Both the position numbers and the translations under genes were made by a program. A DNA stretch of 63,941 bases, filler included, from Craspedostauros australis (Eukaryota): NCBI GenBank assembly GCA_030167865.1. It is 10 parts of 10 records of this genome, joined end to end, with 100 filler letters (N's around TTAATTAATTAA, not from the genome) between each part and the next. Parts side by side here need not be neighbours in the genome. Positions count along the whole stretch, not along the records: positions 58,290 to 62,371 come from JALAGF010006205.1; positions 62,472 to 63,941 come from JALAGF010006238.1; 8 more parts are not named here. One strand, written 5' to 3'. The notes beneath the pieces were generated by a model. It was not told the DNA's origin. It did no database searches and was given only the letters and a program-made list of their open reading frames with translations. Below are positions 59,167-63,941 of this stretch, piece after piece (the first letter of the stretch is position 1; every line of letters begins with the position of its first letter).

Positions 59167-62147
59167 CCCGATTCCTGACAGAACTCCAAGAGCGCCCCGC
59201 TTCACAAGAACTGCAATGGGAACCTTCTGACCAGCTCCCTGATCCGCTGAAGAAAGATCAGTCAGCTCAACCATCACTTCAACCCGTGTCCTCTATGCCA
59301 ACATCAAATGTACCAGAGACCACGACCTCATCTCCAATTCCACCAACATCCACGATTACGCCCAAACGAGAACGGAGCACTAGGGTTCGCAAAGAACCAC
59401 AGCGATTCACCTATGGACGCCTTGGAGGCAAGGCGGCATGGCTTGAAGACAACGATGGTGATGAGTACCTCCTTTGTGTTGCGACGGCTGCTGAAGAAGA
59501 AATTGAATCAGACGACGCCACATCTGACATACATCCAGATTCGTATCCAATTCACGTATTCTCACGAGCTGTCATCGATTGTCTCAACACAATTGAGTTT
59601 CTGCAACGAAACGGCAGTGACCCTCTCTCTATCTACCTCCACGATTTTAAGGTCAACTCACTATACTTGCTGCGCCAACTCCGCCAACGCTACCGAACTC
59701 TCAATCCACGAGCTTCAGTCAACGACTTGCCAAGAATGGAACCTGAGGAGTTTCAAGCAAACATGGTCGATTGGTGGCAACCAGAACCAACAGACATGAC
59801 GGAGGACGCCCCATTCAACGTAACAGATCTATACGAAGACTTCTTCCTGGACATGGAGCTCCACATCATGGAGGATCGCGAGTGCGAATTCCTCTTCGAG
59901 GAACAACAGAACAAAGTGACAGCCTATGCTGTACGCAAGTTCCTCGGGATCATGAGCAAATACATGCTCACAGGAATCATGACCCCACACTTCGATGCGC
60001 TCGACTTCGCAGCAAGCTCTCTTCGTGATCCATCCGAATCCGACGACCTCGAAACGCTAATGAACGAAGGACACACCCCTCCAGAATGCGGACTCGGAGC
60101 AACAATGTTCAAGGCAAAGTTCCTCTCCATCTGGAATGCAATCGGACAGAGCCACAACTACCACTTGGCGTTCGAGTCCCTGCGACAGCACACCAGCACC
60201 ATTCACCCAGGACCATGGCAGCAACCCAGCAAGTTCGAAGTTCAACAATTCAACCTCGGAGTGCAAGAAGGAGGCACCGAGCTGGTCCATCACGTACCCA
60301 ACACGCGCGAGACTAACTATCAAGCCATCCTCCAAAGCACCCTAACAGTCGACCCCAGCTACATCCTTGATACCAACAACTGCATCCCACAGAAGGATTG
60401 GGCCAACATTGAACAACACGCATACTCAGTGAACATCATTGAGCCACAGCCAGATGCTACCAATTTCCCAGCTTATGTTGACTGGCAGCTCATGAGCTAC
60501 TTTGCTACAGGCGCCGACCTCGACATCTCCGAGCGAACGGCAGCGTACAAGGCTTCGACCTCCGACCCAGACACACTCTCCTTCGATGAAGCTGTCTGCG
60601 ATGACAACAGAGACGCATGGATGCAGGCAGCAAACAAAGAGATCCAAGATCTCACAGAAAAGGGTACATGGGAGGAAGTCGACAAGAACACCGTGCCTTA
60701 CGGAGAGAAGATCTACCCAGGAACGTGGGTCTTTCGCCGCAAGCGCCTCCCCGACGGTACAATCAAAAAGTACAAGGGTCGATGGTGCTGCCGCGGCGAT
60801 CTCATCCTCGAAGACGCTTCGACTTATGCGCCAGTCGTGGCATGGTCCTCCGTACGCATCTTTCTAATCACATCCATCGTCCTCGGATGGGTCACGACAT
60901 CCATCGACTTCACCAACGCCTTCGTCCAAGCAGAGATCCACAAGCCGGTGTTTCTTCACCTACCACGAGGATTCAAGTCAAGCAAGGGATCGAACACCTG
61001 CCTTGTCCTCAGAAAGAGTCTATACGGCCTCACCATCGCCCCTCGCCTGTGGTACGAACACCTCATTCGAGCTCTCCTTGCCGAAGGATTCACGGCCTGC
61101 GATCAGGAGCAGTGCCTCTTCATCCGCGAAGGCATCATGATAGTCCTCTACGTCGATGACGCCGGCATCGCATCCAAGACCAAGAAATTCGCAGACGATT
61201 TCATCCGCTCCATGCGAAATCGAGGATTTGAACTCACCCAGGAAGGAAGCTTCAACGAGTTCCTCGGTATCGAAGTCAACCGTGACCCACAAGCCGACTA
61301 CATCCACTTGCAGCAGCCAGGGCTCATTCAAAAGGTGCTCGCAGCGACAGGCATGACGGATTGCGGCAGAGCTGACACACCCGCGGCCCAAACCGCACTC
61401 GGCAGGAACGCGCATGAACCACCCATGGATGAAAATTGGAACTACCGCTCTGTGGTGGGCATGCTACTCTACTTGACTACTAACACTCGTCCAGACCTCG
61501 CGTTTGCTGTCTCCCAAGTCGCTCGCTTCGGAAGCGACCCTCGTCGCTCGCACGCAAAAGCGATTAAGCGAATTATGCGATACTTGAAGACTACGCAGGA
61601 CAAGGGCACCATCATACGCCCCACTGGAAAATTGGACCTCACGTGCTTCGTTGACTCCGACTTCGCAGGACAATACAGACAAGAGCCCGACCAGGACCGC
61701 ACGGCGGTCAAGTCGCGTACCGGATACCTCATCAAGCTCGGAGGATGTCCGCTCATCTGGAAGTCCAAGCTTCAAACGGAGATCGCGCTCTCAACAATGG
61801 AGGCTGAGTATGCTGCGCTTTCCCTCGCAATGCGTACTCTCATCCCGATTCAACAACTCATCCGCCAGGTCATCGACAACGCTGGCACAGACATGCCTTT
61901 ACACACAAACCTCCAGTGCACCGTGTTCGAAGACAATGAAGCATGCATCTCACTCGCCACCAATCACCAACCCACTGCTCGAACTAAACATTTTCTCACC
62001 AAGTGGCACTTCTTCTGGTATTGGGTCAAGGCTGGGTTCATCTGTGTACAACACATCCCAACAGGCGAGCAACTGGCCGATGTCTTCACCAAGGGATCAA
62101 TCGTCCAGACTTTCCGGTACTTGCGATTCCAAATCATGGGATGGTAA
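59167..62147 (+). CDS. Ty1/copia pol C-terminal part: integrase tail, long unknown insert, RT, RNase H
   Basis: RSTRVRKEPQRF; RT WVFRRKR, YKGRWCCRGD, YAPVV, DFTNAF, KSLYGL..APRLW, YVDD, YRSVVGMLLYL, TRPDL; RNase H FVDSDFAG, STMEAEY, FEDNEAC, ADVFTK; stop at 62147. Confidence 0.93.
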
Positions 62148-62217
62148 GAGAGACATTCATACATCAACCACGGATGAAGTTTTCACCGATGTCACGATCT
62201 CACTGCGACTCAACACT

Positions 62218-62371
62218 GAGAGGGAGAGTTGAAGTTCATCTAAAGAACGGACTACTTTTCACTCAGTGTGTTCCTTGTCGCACCTTAAAATTATTTTGGC
62301 GCGAAATTTTGGCGCGAAACCTCCCACCAACAAATACGGAACAATCACTCTTTTCCCTCCTTCTCCCACAC
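62218..62371 (+). mobile_element. Polypurine tract (62218-62228) and start of the 3' LTR (TG at 62230)
   Basis: GAGAGGGAGAG-T-TGAAG about 70 nt after the pol stop codon. Confidence 0.75.
62294..62319 (+). promoter_or_regulatory. Tandem pair of E2F-type sites (TTTTGGCGCGAAA x2) in the LTR U3 region
   Basis: Each unit contains TTTGGCGCGAAA, the reverse complement of the classical TTTCGCGCCAAA E2F element. Confidence 0.55.
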
Positions 62372-62415
62372 NNNNNNNNNNNNNNNNNNNNNNNNNNNNN
62401 NNNNNNNNNNNNNNN

Positions 62416-62427
62416 TTAATTAATTAA
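62416..62427. other. Artificial scaffold linker
   Basis: TTAATTAATTAA in N run. Confidence 0.97.
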
Positions 62428-62471
62428 NNNNNNNNNNNNNNNNNNNNNNNNNNNNNNNNNNNNNNNNNNNN

Positions 62472-63941
62472 CAAGAATCGCAGGACCCAGGAAGTGTGAT
62501 TGACGTGGAAGCAGAGATCGCAAGTGGAGCAGTGATCAGCCATCCCAGACCTCCCGTCAGGCGATCCTCACGACCATCACCGGCGTCCAAAATCTTGACA
62601 GCCACGCGAGATGGACAAGGGTACACCGACAAGGTGCGACCAAAGCCCGTGATTCCAACGGACCATTCCGTGGATAGCGCGTCCGCCCCAGAACCCGGTG
62701 ATAGTGACGATTCTGGGTCCATCTTCCGACCAGAAGACAACTCAATCAACCGGAACCAGGCANCGCGACGACCCAGCTCTGGAGCCAGCAGCAAGCAAAG
62801 CAACCGCCCCAAGAGAAAGGGGCTCTTCGATGAATCTGAGGATTCAACCGTTTCCTCGGGAATGTCAAGAATCAAGACGATCAAACAGGTCAGGTCCGCC
62901 AAGAAAACCACGAGTGGGACCATCAACGCGAAAGGAGCTCCCACCACGACCGCGGAGAATCCTCCCGATGCAGCAGAACCGATGCCTCCCACAACCCGGG
63001 ATGAGCAACCAGAGGTCCCTATGCCACCGGAGGGGCCAACCGATGATGATGTGCCGATAGCAACCGCGTATCCGGCACCTGCGAACCACAATGAGGATGC
63101 GAACGCCAACACCCGCAGTTTCCCCGTCTTGAACCATCCCCTGCCATCGACACCCNNNNNNNNNNNNNNNNNNNNNNNNNNNNNNNNNNNNNNNNNNNNN
63201 NNNNNACGACCATCACCGGCGTCCAAAATCTTGACAGCCACGCGAGATGGACAAGGGTACACCGACAAGGTGCGACCAAAGCCCGTGATTCCAACGGACC
63301 ATTCCGTGGATAGCGCGTCCGCCCCAGAACCCGGTGATAGTGACGATTCTGGGTCCATCTTCCGACCAGAAGACAACTCAATCAACCGGAACCAGGCANC
63401 GCGACGACCCAGCTCTGGAGCCAGCAGCAAGCAAAGCAACCGCCCCAAGAGAAAGGGGCTCTTCGATGAATCTGAGGATTCAACCGTTTCCTCGGGAATG
63501 TCAAGAATCAAGATGATCAAACAGGTCAGGTCCGCCAAGAAAACCACGAGTGGGACAATCAACGCGAAAGGAGCCCCCATCACGACCGCGGAGAATCTTT
63601 CCGATGCTGCAGAACCGATACCTCCCACAACCCGGGATGAGCAACCAGAGGTCCCTACGCCACCGAAGGGGCCAACCGGTGATGACGTACCAGTAGCAAC
63701 CGCGTACCCGGCACCTGTGAACCACAATGAGGATGCGAACACCAACACCCGCAGTTTCCCCGTCTTGAACCATCCCCTGCCGTTGACACCCAACACTCCG
63801 GAGACCAGCAACGCTAACAAGAGGGCCCGAACGGAACCCCGACCAGCAATCGCATACCCGTCGCCCCGACGTCTTCGATCTGGGTACATCATGTCCAGCA
63901 ACCATGGACCAGCGATGATGCAACCATCCGTCTTCCAGATG
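62472..63941 (+). CDS. Partial low-complexity P/S/T/E-rich ORF, open at both ends, probably TE gag/ORF1-like; contains a 636-bp-period duplication
   Basis: The + frame from 62472 reads QESQDPGSVIDVEAEIASG...HPLPSTP with no stop; 62570-63155 recurs at 63206-63791 with a few substitutions. Product is inferred only. Confidence 0.5.

Noticed and set aside
3072..62427. Nine recurrences of TTAATTAATTAA, suggestive of piggyBac TTAA targets or a repeat-spacer array
   Set aside because: Always centred in N runs and encoding stops in six frames: an artificial concatenation linker. Neighbourhoods across linkers are not biological.
62420..63901. 493-aa minus-strand ORF with hydrophobic stretches
   Set aside because: Probably the antisense shadow of the open P/S/T-rich plus-strand frame; it ends in the linker.

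Overview
Eukaryotic DNA, most likely from a diatom (inferred from a DUF6824 protein, CoDi-type Ty1/copia elements, Ambal-type LINEs and GT-AG introns). The window is not one locus: ten unplaced scaffolds are joined by nine artificial N-TTAATTAATTAA-N linkers, and many internal N-gaps have duplicated flanks, so adjacency across linkers means nothing. Only 10.6-28 kb is ordinary gene space: a STAND NTPase/TPR gene whose 3' end is replaced by a LINE, THOC7, a CxRGLE-family protein, a GT92-like glycosyltransferase, a three-exon GTPBP1/2 gene and a DUF6824 protein. The rest is transposon-rich: four distinct copia lineages, two LINEs, a piggyBac-like transposase, nested PHIS-type non-autonomous elements, a multi-copy LTR family and ~181-bp repeat arrays. 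Best leads: (1) a TA-flanked ~223-bp insertion carrying a tRNA-like Pol III cassette (TATA, CAA, A box, B box, T-run) inside a LINE ORF1; (2) copia polyproteins with different accessory modules (PDZ-like, chromo-like, a ~370-aa unknown insert, a C4 zinc motif); (3) a tandem pair of perfect E2F sites in a copia 3' LTR; (4) an ATT-TSD element nested in a CWG-TSD element, with the empty site visible in the window; (5) a host ORF that reads through a LINE 5' UTR and stops on the LINE ORF1 start codon. All family assignments come from motif recognition; no searches were run.
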